Of a DNA stretch of 64,000 nucleotides, positions 8,989-19,669 are shown piece after piece. The stretch comes from Dehalococcoidia bacterium (GTDB lineage Bacteria > Chloroflexota > Dehalococcoidia > Lucifugimonadales > UBA3495): the NCBI GenBank assembly GCA_963668585.1, contig OY764869.1, positions 3,147,106 to 3,211,105 of the forward strand, written 5' to 3'. Numbering within the stretch: the stretch's first letter is position 1; each line of letters begins with the position of its first letter. The translations under genes and the position numbers were made by a program. The notes beneath the pieces were generated by a model that worked only from the letters and a program-made list of their open reading frames with translations, did not search any database and was not told the DNA's origin.

Positions 8989-10263
8989 ATGATTACTGCT
9001 GCTGAGCGACTGCATCAACAGGGTGCGGCGGCCCAGGCTGCGTCAACGAAGATGGCGCGGTTGCCGGCCGAAGCGCGCCGCCACGCCTTGGAGAACATCG
9101 CCAACGCACTGGAAAGCGAGCAGGAGCCCGCGCTGGCAGCCAATGCGGCCGATTACCAGGACGCCAAAGCGGCTGGAATCGATGACGCCTTTCTGGACCG
9201 CCTGCTGCTGACACCCAATCGGCTCAGCGGCATGGCCGCGGATGTTCGCGGCGTTGCGGCGCTGCCCGATCCGGTGGGGGAACTGATCGAGTCAACCGTA
9301 CTGGACAACGGGTTGGAACTGGAAAAGCGGCGGACACCGCTGGGCGTGATCGCCAGCATCTACGAAAGCCGCCCCAACGTGACCACCGACATCGTCGCGC
9401 TCGCGTTGAAATCGGGCAACGCGTGCCTACTGCGCGGTGGCAAGGAAACCCTCCGGTCCAATATGGCGCTGGTTTCGTTGGTTCACCGCGCCATTGGCGA
9501 AGCAGGACTGCCCACCGACGCGGTCCAATTCGTTGAGGACACCGACCGCGACCTCGTGGACGTCATGCTGGGCATGAAGCAACACATCAACCTGCTGGTA
9601 CCAAGGGGCGGTGCTGGTTTGATCGACTTCGTGGGCAAAAACGCAACGATGCCGGTGATCACGGGCGGCGTGGGAGTTTGCCACACCTATGTCGATCGGG
9701 ACGCCGATACCTACATGGCGACCCAGATCGTGTACAACGCCAAGGTCCAGCGGCCAACGGTGTGCAACGCGCTGGACACTGTGCTGGTGCACTCGGAAGC
9801 GGCGGCGCGCTGCCTCCCCGAGATTGCGACTCAACTGAACCAGGCCGGCGTTGAGATGCGCTGCGACCACCGCGCTTTGAGCATCCTGGGGCCGGGCGAC
9901 GGTTTGAACGTCGTGCCCGCTCAGCCGGAGGACTTCGGGCAGGAGTTCCTGGCGCTGATTGCATCGGTGCGGGTCGTGGACAGCCTGGACGATGCGCTGG
10001 AACACATTGAAACCTATGGTTCCGGTCATTCCGAGGCCATAATCACGGACGACGCCAGCGCTGCCACGCGTTTCCTCAACGAGGTGGACGCGGCGGCCGT
10101 GTACCACAATGCCAGCACGCGATTCACCGACGGCTCGCAGTTCGGACTGGGAGCCGAGGTTGGCATCAGCACCCAGAAATTCCACGCCAGGGGCCCACTG
10201 GGGTTGCGTGAATTGACGTCTTACAAGTGGCTGGCACGCGGAACCGGCCAGACCAGGGAGTGA
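8989..10263 (+). CDS. proA: gamma-glutamyl phosphate reductase
   Basis: SD AGAGGAGGGG before the ATG. ALDH-type GPR motifs NACLLRGGKE, PTVCNALDTVLVH, GSGHSEAIIT. It follows proB after a 12-nt gap. Confidence 0.95.
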   Translation: MITAAERLHQQGAAAQAASTKMARLPAEARRHALENIANALESEQEPALAANAADYQDAKAAGIDDAFLDRLLLTPNRLSGMAADVRGVAALPDPVGELIESTVLDNGLELEKRRTPLGVIASIYESRPNVTTDIVALALKSGNACLLRGGKETLRSNMALVSLVHRAIGEAGLPTDAVQFVEDTDRDLVDVMLGMKQHINLLVPRGGAGLIDFVGKNATMPVITGGVGVCHTYVDRDADTYMATQIVYNAKVQRPTVCNALDTVLVHSEAAARCLPEIATQLNQAGVEMRCDHRALSILGPGDGLNVVPAQPEDFGQEFLALIASVRVVDSLDDALEHIETYGSGHSEAIITDDASAATRFLNEVDAAAVYHNASTRFTDGSQFGLGAEVGISTQKFHARGPLGLRELTSYKWLARGTGQTRE

Positions 10264-10274
10264 GTGTCGCGACA

Positions 10275-10619
10275 ATGCCTTTCGATTACGAGCGCGAAGT
10301 CCGCACCGGCGATTCCGAGGCCTACCTGATTCTTGACGGGGACAGGACAGTGGGCCGCATCGACACCCATTTTGTGCCAGGAGTCGCGCACATCGCCATC
10401 GCAGTTGAGCAGGACATCACCGCAGAGCAGATCGAGGAGATCATCTCCGACATCGACGCCGATATGCTCAATACGGTCGGCACGGAGCGGGATTCGCATT
10501 TGTACCACGTATTCCAGGGCACCGAGATCAGGGTGTTCAGCGATACTGGCTACGATGACTATGGCGGCAACGGCAACGGCAGGGGACACGGGCCGGTCCC
10601 TCCACCCAGCGCGAACTGA
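10275..10619 (+). CDS. hypothetical protein (acidic, Gly/Pro-rich tail)
   Basis: ORF track 10227..10619; ATG 10275 lies just after the proA stop. MPFDYEREVRTGDSEAYLILDGDRTVGRIDTHF...; no family recognised and the start is uncertain. Confidence 0.45.
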   Translation: MPFDYEREVRTGDSEAYLILDGDRTVGRIDTHFVPGVAHIAIAVEQDITAEQIEEIISDIDADMLNTVGTERDSHLYHVFQGTEIRVFSDTGYDDYGGNGNGRGHGPVPPPSAN

Positions 10620-10996
10620 CTTCGTATCCCCGATCCCGTGGCGCCGGCGCCACTCGCCAAGCATGGCGCGGGAGCCTGGGGCATCAATCAAATAGCATTT
10701 CTGGCGGCGGTTGAAGCGCCCGCCCGCTGATCGCGAAGCCACCGTCGCCCACTGGGTTGATGTGTTTCCCCTGCCGGGTGACGCCGGTCTTTGTTCTTGC
10801 GTCGATTGCGCCTCGGCCCGGTGACGACACTCGACCTGCCTTTTCCCCGCTCCCCACCGCAAACGCCGCTATGGGATCACAACGATCCTCAAAGTGGGAC
10901 TGGTTGAGCAGATCGCCACATCGGCGCCCCGGAGACCGAACCACCGCATTATTCTCAGCAACAGGCGAGAATGCAATCTCGGCATATGCTAAACAC

Positions 10997-11024
10997 TTGA
11001 CATATGGTGTGAATTTTATAAAAT
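10997..11024 (+). promoter_or_regulatory. sigma70-like promoter TTGACA-N16-TAAAAT
   Basis: -35 TTGACA at 10997-11002 and -10 TAAAAT at 11019-11024. The -10 ends 10 nt before ATG 11035, implying a leaderless or near-leaderless mRNA. Confidence 0.5.
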
Positions 11025-11034
11025 TGCCGCCGTT

Positions 11035-12024
11035 ATGACTTCTCCAAAACTTATTCAAAAATTATCCATCATTATCGCTGCATTGGTAGTGGCATGTTTG
11101 ATACTTGCCATTTGGGCATCTGCTGCTTCATGGGTCGAGAGCAGTCACAAAAATCCGGCTGCCGCAGTTTTCGGCTCACTGACAATGCCTGAATTTCCAT
11201 CTTCCGAAGGCGACGCTGACACAGCGTTTAGGGAAGAGGACGCCGGGTTCTCAGCGCACCACAGGGTGGAAGTAGCGGACTCAGACGGTCAATCGCCCAG
11301 GCTCGACATCGTCGCAATCCTCGACGGCCTGCGCTCGGCGCCCGAAGAATCAGGCATTCGAGGAGCAGGCACTGTGATCGATTGGGGGCTTAACTTCGGT
11401 ATCGTCGAACTCCCGCTATTCGCCGCGCAGATTCCAGGAGCGCCTTTCGAGACCGTCGTGGTTTATTTCGATGACCAGGGTTGGATCGTGGCTTACCTCC
11501 CCAAAGACCGGCCCGCGGCCGCCGTTTGGAAACACAAACGGCGTGACGACAGCGCCAATCAAAATTACGACCCAAGCGAGGTCCTCGAGCGCAACCTGCT
11601 GGTGCTCGCGATTAGCGAAGTGCTGAAAGCAAACGATGTCGATGCAGAAGAAGTATCACATTCTGACGTGGGCTACTATGACTGGCAGAACCCGAGTTGT
11701 GACGCTTTCGTGCTTTTCAGTGGTGCGTCCGACGGAGGAGAGTCTGACCGGATCAGCTTCGTGATTCCGCGAACGATTGCGTCCATTCAGTCGTCCGCAG
11801 CCGTAGCGATGACTGAGCAAACGGAACAGGGTGGTAGCGATATCGCCACGCTGGCGATTGACGGAGAAACCGTTGTGTCCACTTCAAATGAAAAACCTTT
11901 GGACTCTTCCGGGTTCACCCTCAAACGCGACGCCGAGGAAACCAGCCTTCACAGAATGACCGTGAGGATCAGCGGTTCCAATGCGGCGACCGGCGTAACC
12001 ATGCTGGTGTACGACAAGCCGTAG
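11035..12024 (+). CDS. hypothetical membrane-anchored protein
   Basis: N-terminal TM helix [22 protein letters not shown]. No recognisable domain. The 5' part is visibly AT-richer than its neighbours. It lies 31 nt upstream of the large surface-protein gene. Confidence 0.6.
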   Translation: MTSPKLIQKLSIIIAALVVACLILAIWASAASWVESSHKNPAAAVFGSLTMPEFPSSEGDADTAFREEDAGFSAHHRVEVADSDGQSPRLDIVAILDGLRSAPEESGIRGAGTVIDWGLNFGIVELPLFAAQIPGAPFETVVVYFDDQGWIVAYLPKDRPAAAVWKHKRRDDSANQNYDPSEVLERNLLVLAISEVLKANDVDAEEVSHSDVGYYDWQNPSCDAFVLFSGASDGGESDRISFVIPRTIASIQSSAAVAMTEQTEQGGSDIATLAIDGETVVSTSNEKPLDSSGFTLKRDAEETSLHRMTVRISGSNAATGVTMLVYDKP

Positions 12025-12055
12025 CTCGGACCCCCGATCGCCGCAGACCTCAGTC

Positions 12056-15000
12056 GTGGCAACCACCCTGAAATGGACCATTGTTGCGGCCGCCAGCGCG
12101 GTCGCGATCGTCTGCGGATTTGCACCCGGTCTGATCCTGCCGAATTTTGGCGACGGGAGCAACGTGAAGCCGGAGCAACACTGGGCGTCGGCCGAGGCTC
12201 AATCAACTTGCACGGACGACGTGAGCATTGAGATGCAAGGGCTGTTTGACAGGATAGATTTCTCGTTCAAAGACCCGCCCGACTACACGTCCGAAGACAA
12301 CCTCGGCATCTATTTCCAGGTTACCAACTCGAGCTGCAGCGACCTGACCCTGAAGGTAGAGATGCGGGGGTCGGTCAGCAATGCTGCAATCCACAACACG
12401 GACGGCGTGGATGCATCCGCGTGCCTCACCGGTTGCACAATCGCCGCCGAAGGGGTGCTGTACGGCAACATCGGGTGGGATCTCGGGAAACATCCCAACG
12501 TCGAGCAAGAGTACGTGATCGGGAGCATCACCATCGATGGGCCAGAGGAATTTGCCGACCAGGACTCGTCCAACAACACCGCCACATCCACACAATGGAT
12601 CAATGTGGTCAACCCGGTTGCCGCGACACCTACGCCCACCCCAACTCCGTCCGCTACTCCCACGCCCACAGCCACTCCCACTCCTACGGCGACGCCTACG
12701 CCTACGCCGACCCCGTCGCCCACTCCTACGCCTACTGCGACGCCCACCCCAACTCCGTCCGCTACTCCCGCTCCCACCGCCACTCCCACTCCTACGGCGA
12801 CGCCTACGCCGACCCCGTCGCCCACACCCACGCCCACAGCAACTCCCACTCCCACCGCGACTCCTACCCCAACTCCGTCGGCCACTCCCACTCCTACGGC
12901 GACGGCGACCGCGACTCCAACTCCGTCGGCCACTCCCACACCCACCGCCACCCCAACGGCGACGGCGACGCCCACCGCTACTCCCACACCCACGGCAACT
13001 CCCATCGCTTCTCATACACCTACCCCGACAGCCACACCGACTCCGACACCTGCAACAAATCCTTGGGAGTTGGAGTTTGAACCGACCAAACCAGCGCCTG
13101 CGACCATTGGCGATCCGCTGGAAATAGCCGCCAGGGTTACCAATAATGGAGTGTCCTCGGCGTCCGCGAGGGTTCAACTGGTTGGTAGCTTCGGCAACGA
13201 GTATGAAGTGTTGGCAGATGTCACCTTGTCCGACGTAATGCCGGGCGCCGAGGCGTCCGCGGTCTTGAATTGGGACACAACGGGAGCCGACGCCGGTGTG
13301 CATGGGTTAATCTTGGCCCTGGTGTCACTGGACGAGTCGACTGATTTTGCCGCCGAAAGTTTCGAGGTCCTGCTGGTTAACGAGGACGCCGTGTTTCTGC
13401 TGAGGGGTACGCGGCAGGTGAACGTGGGAAGGATAGTCGGGCTGGTGGCGCAGCCTGCGATTGTGGCGAAACCGATATACCCGCCCACCCCGACTCCCAC
13501 GCCAACCTCAACGCCTACCCCCACGCCCACTCCCACCGCAACTGCAACCCCCACACCTACGCCCACACCGCCACCGCGTGTCGATGCGGAAATCGTATCG
13601 GTGTCCAGCAACCCCAGCCACACGGCCACTCGTGGCGAGTGGGTGGAAATCTCAGTGGCGGTCCGGAACAACGGCAATCGTGCCACTTCTATTGGTGTGC
13701 AGTTGACGTTTCCCTCCGAAACGAAACGTCCCGAAACCAAAACCACGAGTCTTGATCCCGGCCAGACACGCGTTGCAACATTCATATGGAAAACATTGAG
13801 ATACGATATCGGCGTACATACTTTGCGCGTAGATCTAATGGTTGACGACAACACGACATTGGGAGACACATCTGCCCAAATCGCATTGAACGTTATCGAA
13901 CCGGTCATTGAGGCTTCCATCCAGAGTATTCTCGCATCGCCGGACCCGGCTGTGGTCGGAGAGCCCGTCGCCATCACAGTTTCGGTCCGAAACGAAGGCG
14001 CCGTAGCCGCCAACATACCCATAACCCTGCATTTCCCTTCCGCAGACAAAAAGCCCGAAACGCGGAAACCCCGGGCCGAGCCCGGCGGCGTTGCGGAGGC
14101 CACATTCACCTGGCGGACAAGCCGCTACGAGCCTGGTATCCATTCGTTCCGGGTATCCGTTCCCGGATCTGACAGGTATTTCACTGTCGTGCTGGAAGCC
14201 CCTGCCGTCGATTTCGGCGTGTTTGGCATCCAGTTGCAGAATCGGGCGATGCCCATCGTCCAGGGCGATTGGGTTGTGATCAAAGCCGAAATTCGCAACG
14301 TTGGGCCACACGCGGGGCAGGCCACCGTTGCGTTGCGCGATCAAGATAGTGGCGCGGTTATGTACACCGACGGACTTTCCCTCGAACCGCAAGAATCCCG
14401 GCCCGTTGAGTTCACGTGGAAGACGCTCCGGTATGAATTACGGGAGTACCGACTGCAGGTGCATGTGGAGTCTCCAAACGATTTGGATGACGCCAACGAT
14501 CTATCCGACACGCTTCACGTTACGATTGTGGATAACCGGGAGATTACCCTGGGATTCGGCGACGAAAATCCGACAGCGCGAATTCGTGGAAGCTTGTCCC
14601 CGCCAAACATACCTGCCCAACCCAGATTTTCAATCGCGGACATTTCGTTCAGTCCCGAGGCCCCGGTGAAAGGTGAACCGGTCACCATTACGATACGGAT
14701 ACGAAACGTCGGAGGAGCGTCGGGAGTTGCTCCGGTGACGTTGCATTTCCCTTCTGCTGAGAAAGAACCCGAATCTCGCCGGCCTCGAATTGGCGCAGGC
14801 GCTGAAGGTTCCGCGACTTTCACGTGGCGTACCGGCAGGTATGCGCCCGCCGCCCATTCGTTTCGAGTGCGGCTTCTGGATGTGACCCGGATATTCACCA
14901 TACAATTGCTGCCGCCTACGGTCGATTTCGCGGTGATCGCGCTGTACCCGCCTCACGACGGATTCCCAATCGTCAAAGGGGATTGGGTTGAAGTCGCGGC

Positions 15001-15589
15001 GTTTGTGCAGAATTTCGGCAGTTACGACGGCAGCGGCACGGTGCGGTTGCACAACCTCACCCACGAAGATGTTATGTACACAAAAAGAGTGAAGTTAGAA
15101 CCAGGGGAATCCAGGTTCGTCGAGTTCACTTGGAAGACTCTGCGTTATGAACTGGGAGACCATAGGCTGCTGGTGTCGGTGGATGCCCAATATGACGGCA
15201 ACGCTGAGAACGACCGGTCCCAGGAGGCGCTGGCCACCATATTTAACCATCGGGACATCACCGTTGGTTTCGGTGCGCACGAAGCCAGCCACCGGCTTTC
15301 GGACGGAACCGTAAAGCCACGGGTATATTCTGAAGCGAGGTATCCCGATTCGATAATTGGCAACCACTCCGGTTTTGTGGTGGTTCCGTTCAACAAACCG
15401 TTGTTCGATGGCCAGTTCGGCGTGGAGCGACATCCTCCGCCAGCGGGGGCCATACCAGCGCCGAGCGGAGGACCAGTGGCGGTCGATTACCGCACCTCGG
15501 CGTCGCGCTGCGCGCAGCATCAATGGCGGCGCGGCGACACGCAGCCCCGTGCGGTGCTGTGTCCCAGGGCGCCGCCGCTGGTGCGCTAG
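12056..15589 (+). CDS. large secreted/surface protein with Pro/Thr linkers and multiple CARDB/Ig-like domains
   Basis: GTG start. Signal/[17 protein letters not shown]. An N-terminal Cys-containing domain ends ...[11 protein letters not shown] linkers lie at 12626-13057 and 13481-13576. Six CARDB-like repeats follow ([42 protein letters not shown]). Confidence 0.8.
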   Translation: MATTLKWTIVAAASAVAIVCGFAPGLILPNFGDGSNVKPEQHWASAEAQSTCTDDVSIEMQGLFDRIDFSFKDPPDYTSEDNLGIYFQVTNSSCSDLTLKVEMRGSVSNAAIHNTDGVDASACLTGCTIAAEGVLYGNIGWDLGKHPNVEQEYVIGSITIDGPEEFADQDSSNNTATSTQWINVVNPVAATPTPTPTPSATPTPTATPTPTATPTPTPTPSPTPTPTATPTPTPSATPAPTATPTPTATPTPTPSPTPTPTATPTPTATPTPTPSATPTPTATATATPTPSATPTPTATPTATATPTATPTPTATPIASHTPTPTATPTPTPATNPWELEFEPTKPAPATIGDPLEIAARVTNNGVSSASARVQLVGSFGNEYEVLADVTLSDVMPGAEASAVLNWDTTGADAGVHGLILALVSLDESTDFAAESFEVLLVNEDAVFLLRGTRQVNVGRIVGLVAQPAIVAKPIYPPTPTPTPTSTPTPTPTPTATATPTPTPTPPPRVDAEIVSVSSNPSHTATRGEWVEISVAVRNNGNRATSIGVQLTFPSETKRPETKTTSLDPGQTRVATFIWKTLRYDIGVHTLRVDLMVDDNTTLGDTSAQIALNVIEPVIEASIQSILASPDPAVVGEPVAITVSVRNEGAVAANIPITLHFPSADKKPETRKPRAEPGGVAEATFTWRTSRYEPGIHSFRVSVPGSDRYFTVVLEAPAVDFGVFGIQLQNRAMPIVQGDWVVIKAEIRNVGPHAGQATVALRDQDSGAVMYTDGLSLEPQESRPVEFTWKTLRYELREYRLQVHVESPNDLDDANDLSDTLHVTIVDNREITLGFGDENPTARIRGSLSPPNIPAQPRFSIADISFSPEAPVKGEPVTITIRIRNVGGASGVAPVTLHFPSAEKEPESRRPRIGAGAEGSATFTWRTGRYAPAAHSFRVRLLDVTRIFTIQLLPPTVDFAVIALYPPHDGFPIVKGDWVEVAAFVQNFGSYDGSGTVRLHNLTHEDVMYTKRVKLEPGESRFVEFTWKTLRYELGDHRLLVSVDAQYDGNAENDRSQEALATIFNHRDITVGFGAHEASHRLSDGTVKPRVYSEARYPDSIIGNHSGFVVVPFNKPLFDGQFGVERHPPPAGAIPAPSGGPVAVDYRTSASRCAQHQWRRGDTQPRAVLCPRAPPLVR
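12626..13057 (+). repeat. coding low-complexity Pro/Thr(Ala/Ser) linker with higher-order DNA repeats
   Basis: About 144 codons of (T/A/S)P repeats. The seed CCAACTCCGTC recurs at 12641, 12749, 12869 and 12917. Confidence 0.85.
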
Positions 15590-18510
15590 TTCGCCGGGAC
15601 CACCACCGCGTCGCGCAATACCTCGATCAGATGCCGCGCGCGCCGGTTGACGCCGTGTTCCACCTGTTGGCGACATGACACTCCCATCACCGCGACCTCC
15701 CAATCGGGTTTGGCGTTGATGGCTGGGAACAACGACTGCCCTCCAATCTGCATGGATATGTCGTAATGTTCCTTTTCGAATCCGAACGAACCCGCCATGC
15801 CGCAACACCCGGCATTGATCAGTTCGGCCTGATATCCGGGCGGCATGTTGAGCACCGATACAGCGTCGGATGCGCCAACGATGGCTTTCTGATGGCAATG
15901 TCCGTGGAACAGAATATTGGCGGACACATCGGAAAATTCCAAATCTAGACGCCCGGCCGATTTGGCTTTGGCCAGGAACTCGTCGATCAGGAATGAGTTT
16001 TCAGCTACTGCGGCGGCCTCGTCGTCGTTGATGAATTCGGGGTATTCGTCGCGCAGGGTGAGCAGGCAACTGGGTTCACATCCGACTATGGGGATGCCCT
16101 GTCCCGCGTAGGCGTAGAGGCCGGCGATGTTGGCCCGGGCCTGTTCCCGGGCCTGGTTGAGCAGTCCCTTGGAGATCATCGGTCGGCCACAGCAGCCCCC
16201 ATTGACCAACTCCACCCGATACCCGGCGGCTTCCAGAACCTCCACCGCGGCGATGCCGATCTCCGGATAGTTGTAGTTCATGAAGGTGTCGTTGTACAGC
16301 GCGACCGTTCCGTATTTCGCGTCGTGTGCGGCGTGTCCGCGATCAGCGAACCAGTCGGGGAAGGACTGACCGGCGAACGCCGGCTGTTGGCGCTGGGGCG
16401 CGATTCCCAGGAACGTCGATGCGAGAGTCTTGCCGAGGGAGGTTCCAGCCAACCAGTTGCTGATGGGCGCGTATCGGCTGCCCAACCTGTTCAACGCGCT
16501 GATGTTGGCGAAGAGCCGCGAGCGCAACGGCACGCCGTGCTTTTCGTGATAGTGATCGAGGAATTCGTACTTTAACTTGGCCATGTCCACACCCGACTCG
16601 CATTCCGCCTTGCAGGCTTTGCACTCCAGGCACAGGTCAAGCGCCTGATGCAGGCGTTGGTCGGTGATGGAACCCTCCGCGCCCTCCGGCATCCGGCCGG
16701 AGAGGGCGGCTCGCAGCAGGTTGGCCCGGCCCCGGGTGGAGTGTTCCTCATCTCGCGTCGCCATGAAGGACGGGCACATGGTGCCGTCCAGTTTCCGGCA
16801 CGCGCCCATCCCGTTGCACATTTCGACGGCGCCGGCATAACCAAAGTCCGCCGAGAAGTCCAGCGTTGTCGGCAGGTCGGAAGCCTGGTAGAACGACCCG
16901 TAGCGGAGGTTCTCGGTCATGGGCGGGGTATCGATGATCTTGCCCGGGTTCATGATGCCCTGCGGGTCCCAGGTCTGTTTGAGTTCGCGGAACGCGTTAT
17001 AGATCTGGTCGCCGAACATTTTGCGGGTCCAGACGCCGCGCACGATACCGTCGCCGTGTTCGCCGCTCATCGAACCGCCGAACTCCTTGATGAGATCGGA
17101 CACCGCGTCGCCGATGGAGACCATCTTGTTGATGCCGTCCTGATCCTTGAGGCTGATCAGCGGACGGATGTGGAGGCAACCCACCGACGCATGGCCGTAG
17201 TAGCCGGCGGTGGTGCCGTGTTCGGTTACGATTTCATCGAAGCGGCGGACAAATTCTCCCATCACCGAAGGATCCACCGCGGGGTCTTCTACGAATGGGA
17301 TGGGCTTGGCGTCGCCGCGCGTGCTCATCAACAGACCAAGGCCGCCCTTGCGGACGTTCCATACCGCCGCCTGGCCGGCGCGGTCCAGGATGTTGACGCA
17401 AGCGTAGGCCAGGCCGATATCGGCTTTGAGGGCGTTCATCCGTGATTCCAGTTCGTCCTCGGACTCACCGTAGAATTCGACAACCAGCATGGCGCCCGGG
17501 TCGCCTTCGATGAACGACAGGCCCCGCGACGCGCCCAACGCTTCCCGGCCTCGGTCCAGCACCATTTTGTCGATGAGTTCGATGGATGACGGGTCGTGAG
17601 TCAGCACTCGGGTGGTGGCTTCACTGGCGTCGAAGATGGATCGGAAGTGCAGGATCGAAAGCGAGGTCATCGTGGGCCGTTGCACCAGATTGACCTTGGC
17701 TTCGGTAACGACGCAGAGGGTTCCTTCTGACCCGACGACCATGCGGGCGAGATTTACGGGGCCAGCGTGGCGGTCGTCAAGTATGAACTCGTCGAGGTTG
17801 TAGCCGCTGACGCGGCGCTGGATCTTGGCGTAGGTGCGGTCAATCTCGTCCTTCTGCTCGCGGGCGATGCGCAGTACGCCACGGTAGATGTCGCCCTCCA
17901 AACCGCCAACGCTGAGACGGGATTCCAACTCGGCGGCGGTGAGTTCCCCCAGGTGCGCGGTGGACCCGTCGGAGAGAATCACGTCCAGTTCCCTGATGTG
18001 GTCCAGAGTCTTGCCGTAGATGACGGAATGGGCGCCGCAGGTGTTGTTGCCGATGCCGCCACCGACGCAGGCGCGGTTGGCAGTGGTGGGATCGGGAGCG
18101 TACTGCAGGCCGTGTGAGGATACCTGGCGGGTGAGTTGTTCGAGAATGATGCCCGGCTGGACCCGCGCCCATTGCTCCTCCGCGTTCACTTCCAGGACGT
18201 TGTTCAGGTATTTGCTGAAATCCAGCACGATGGCGTGGTTGACGGTCTGACCGGCGAGGCTGGTGCCTCCGGAGCGTGGCAGCACCGGGATTCCTTCCCT
18301 CGCGCCAAACTCGACCACAGCCTGAACATCCGCAGCGGTGCGCGGAATAACGACGCCCACCGGTTCCATCTGGTAGATGCTGGCGTCGGTGCTGTACAGA
18401 AGGCGCGAATAGGGGTCAAAACGCACCTCGCCGTCCACTCGGCGACTGAGTTCGTCGGCAATGTCCTGCCGTTCGCGTCCCCTGATCCTCCGCTCCGTTA
18501 CCGTCGCCAT
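15586..18510 (-). CDS. FAD-binding and Fe-S/CCG-domain oxidoreductase (YdiJ / D-2-hydroxyacid dehydrogenase-like)
   Basis: ORF track 15586..18537; start moved to ATG 18510 (SD GGAGGA). FAD-binding PCMH domain ([11 protein letters not shown]); GlcD-like [14 protein letters not shown]; ferredoxin-type Cys clusters ([27 protein letters not shown]); two CCG motifs ([17 protein letters not shown]). Confidence 0.9.
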   Translation of the reverse strand: MATVTERRIRGRERQDIADELSRRVDGEVRFDPYSRLLYSTDASIYQMEPVGVVIPRTAADVQAVVEFGAREGIPVLPRSGGTSLAGQTVNHAIVLDFSKYLNNVLEVNAEEQWARVQPGIILEQLTRQVSSHGLQYAPDPTTANRACVGGGIGNNTCGAHSVIYGKTLDHIRELDVILSDGSTAHLGELTAAELESRLSVGGLEGDIYRGVLRIAREQKDEIDRTYAKIQRRVSGYNLDEFILDDRHAGPVNLARMVVGSEGTLCVVTEAKVNLVQRPTMTSLSILHFRSIFDASEATTRVLTHDPSSIELIDKMVLDRGREALGASRGLSFIEGDPGAMLVVEFYGESEDELESRMNALKADIGLAYACVNILDRAGQAAVWNVRKGGLGLLMSTRGDAKPIPFVEDPAVDPSVMGEFVRRFDEIVTEHGTTAGYYGHASVGCLHIRPLISLKDQDGINKMVSIGDAVSDLIKEFGGSMSGEHGDGIVRGVWTRKMFGDQIYNAFRELKQTWDPQGIMNPGKIIDTPPMTENLRYGSFYQASDLPTTLDFSADFGYAGAVEMCNGMGACRKLDGTMCPSFMATRDEEHSTRGRANLLRAALSGRMPEGAEGSITDQRLHQALDLCLECKACKAECESGVDMAKLKYEFLDHYHEKHGVPLRSRLFANISALNRLGSRYAPISNWLAGTSLGKTLASTFLGIAPQRQQPAFAGQSFPDWFADRGHAAHDAKYGTVALYNDTFMNYNYPEIGIAAVEVLEAAGYRVELVNGGCCGRPMISKGLLNQAREQARANIAGLYAYAGQGIPIVGCEPSCLLTLRDEYPEFINDDEAAAVAENSFLIDEFLAKAKSAGRLDLEFSDVSANILFHGHCHQKAIVGASDAVSVLNMPPGYQAELINAGCCGMAGSFGFEKEHYDISMQIGGQSLFPAINAKPDWEVAVMGVSCRQQVEHGVNRRARHLIEVLRDAVVVPAN

Positions 18511-18748
18511 TGCAATTTCCTCCTGCCGGACGTTCAATCAACGCCGGACAGGTTAGCGCACCCAGCCAATGGGGGCAACTTGGGAGAGTCACAGTGTTCT
18601 CCGAAACACGGGATTGGTTCGCGCGGCGGGTAAGACTTCGGCGTCGGTTGGCAGTGTCGGGGCGGGCTGATAGACTGGCGCAAACGTGGGGTTGGAGCAA
18701 TCCATTGAATCGAGTGGGACGACACGAAACGGTGTTGGAGGCTACGAG

Positions 18749-19540
18749 ATGATACGTATGGGAGCGACCGGTTCAGTGGCCCATCTGGACCTGTGCAAGG
18801 CGCTTGAAACGGTATTCCAAAGGAAGGGAATCGAGTTTGACTGGGTGCTTTATTCGGGGTACGACGAGATGGTGGACGCCTTCGTGCGCGGCGAAATCAA
18901 CCTGGCGTGGAACGGCCCCCTGTCGCACGTCAAGATGCGACGCGCGATGGAGGACGGCGCACCCGTGCTGGCCCTGCGTGACGTGGACGTTGGATTCACC
19001 ACCAAGTTCATCGCCAGGGCAGGCTCCGACATCGATACGGTGGAGGATCTGCCTGGGAAACGTTTCGCGTTTGCGGCTCGGGATTCGGTGGAGGCAGGTC
19101 TGCTTCCGGTCCATTTTCTCAAGGAATTGGGCATTCACCCAACCCGATCACTGGCCGCCGCTGATTTTTACGACCAACGCGAAACTCAGCACTCCAACGA
19201 CCAGGTGGACGTCGCGCTGCAGGTGTTGAACCAGTCCTATGACGCCGGAGCCGTCAGCGCTCGGACGCTGGACACTCTGGCAGACCGGCATGGAATCGAC
19301 GTCAGCGGGCTGAAAGTTTTCTGGAGCAGCCCCGGATACAGCCATTGCTGCTTCACGGCAAGGCCGGAGGTTGACCCTGTCGAGGCGGCGCAAGTGACAG
19401 CGGCGTTGGTGTCGGTGGACGACAGCGACGAGACCGGTCGTGCCGTGCTGAAAGCCGAAGCGTGCGACCGCCTGCTGCCGGGCATCGAGGACGGCTGGGA
19501 GTTGGTGGAAGCAGCGGCGATGGCAGAAGGGTTGATTTGA
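18749..19540 (+). CDS. PhnD-family (phosphonate-binding-fold) substrate-binding-like protein without signal peptide
   Basis: ORF track 18686..19540; start moved to ATG 18749 (SD GGAGG). YSGYDEMVDAFVRGEINLAWNGPLSHV...GKRFAFAARDSVEAGLLP...YDAGAVSARTL. No N-terminal hydrophobic segment. Confidence 0.7.
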   Translation: MIRMGATGSVAHLDLCKALETVFQRKGIEFDWVLYSGYDEMVDAFVRGEINLAWNGPLSHVKMRRAMEDGAPVLALRDVDVGFTTKFIARAGSDIDTVEDLPGKRFAFAARDSVEAGLLPVHFLKELGIHPTRSLAAADFYDQRETQHSNDQVDVALQVLNQSYDAGAVSARTLDTLADRHGIDVSGLKVFWSSPGYSHCCFTARPEVDPVEAAQVTAALVSVDDSDETGRAVLKAEACDRLLPGIEDGWELVEAAAMAEGLI

Positions 19541-19669
19541 TGACCGGTTCTCCCGCGCCTCGCGTCCGCCCCATTTGGCATGAAAAAAGGTTGCCACCTC
19601 ATGACACTTGCGCCCCCTAGGTGGGATTGTCCGCATGGAGCAGGTGAACCCGCATAAGGAGTTGAAGAT

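Noticed and set aside
10638-10653. A perfect 16-bp palindrome, GTGGCGCCGGCGCCAC, after the 10275..10619 ORF.
   Set aside because: It is probably just a weak terminator-like stem for the proBA transcript. It has no T-run, and there is no second copy in the window.
10684-11058. A 124-aa minus-strand ORF in the 415-nt gap upstream of the surface module.
   Set aside because: It starts inside the 11035 gene, runs across the consensus promoter, and has no SD or recognisable motifs.
12203-13303. Four long ORFs (12203..13303-, 12310..13005-, 12421..13080+, 12537..13127+) encoding Arg/Gly-, Gly/Val- or His/Ser-rich polypeptides.
   Set aside because: They are alternative-frame and antisense readings of the Pro/Thr repeat of the surface-protein gene. 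Their low-complexity composition mirrors the ACNCCN repeat, and they have no independent start signals.
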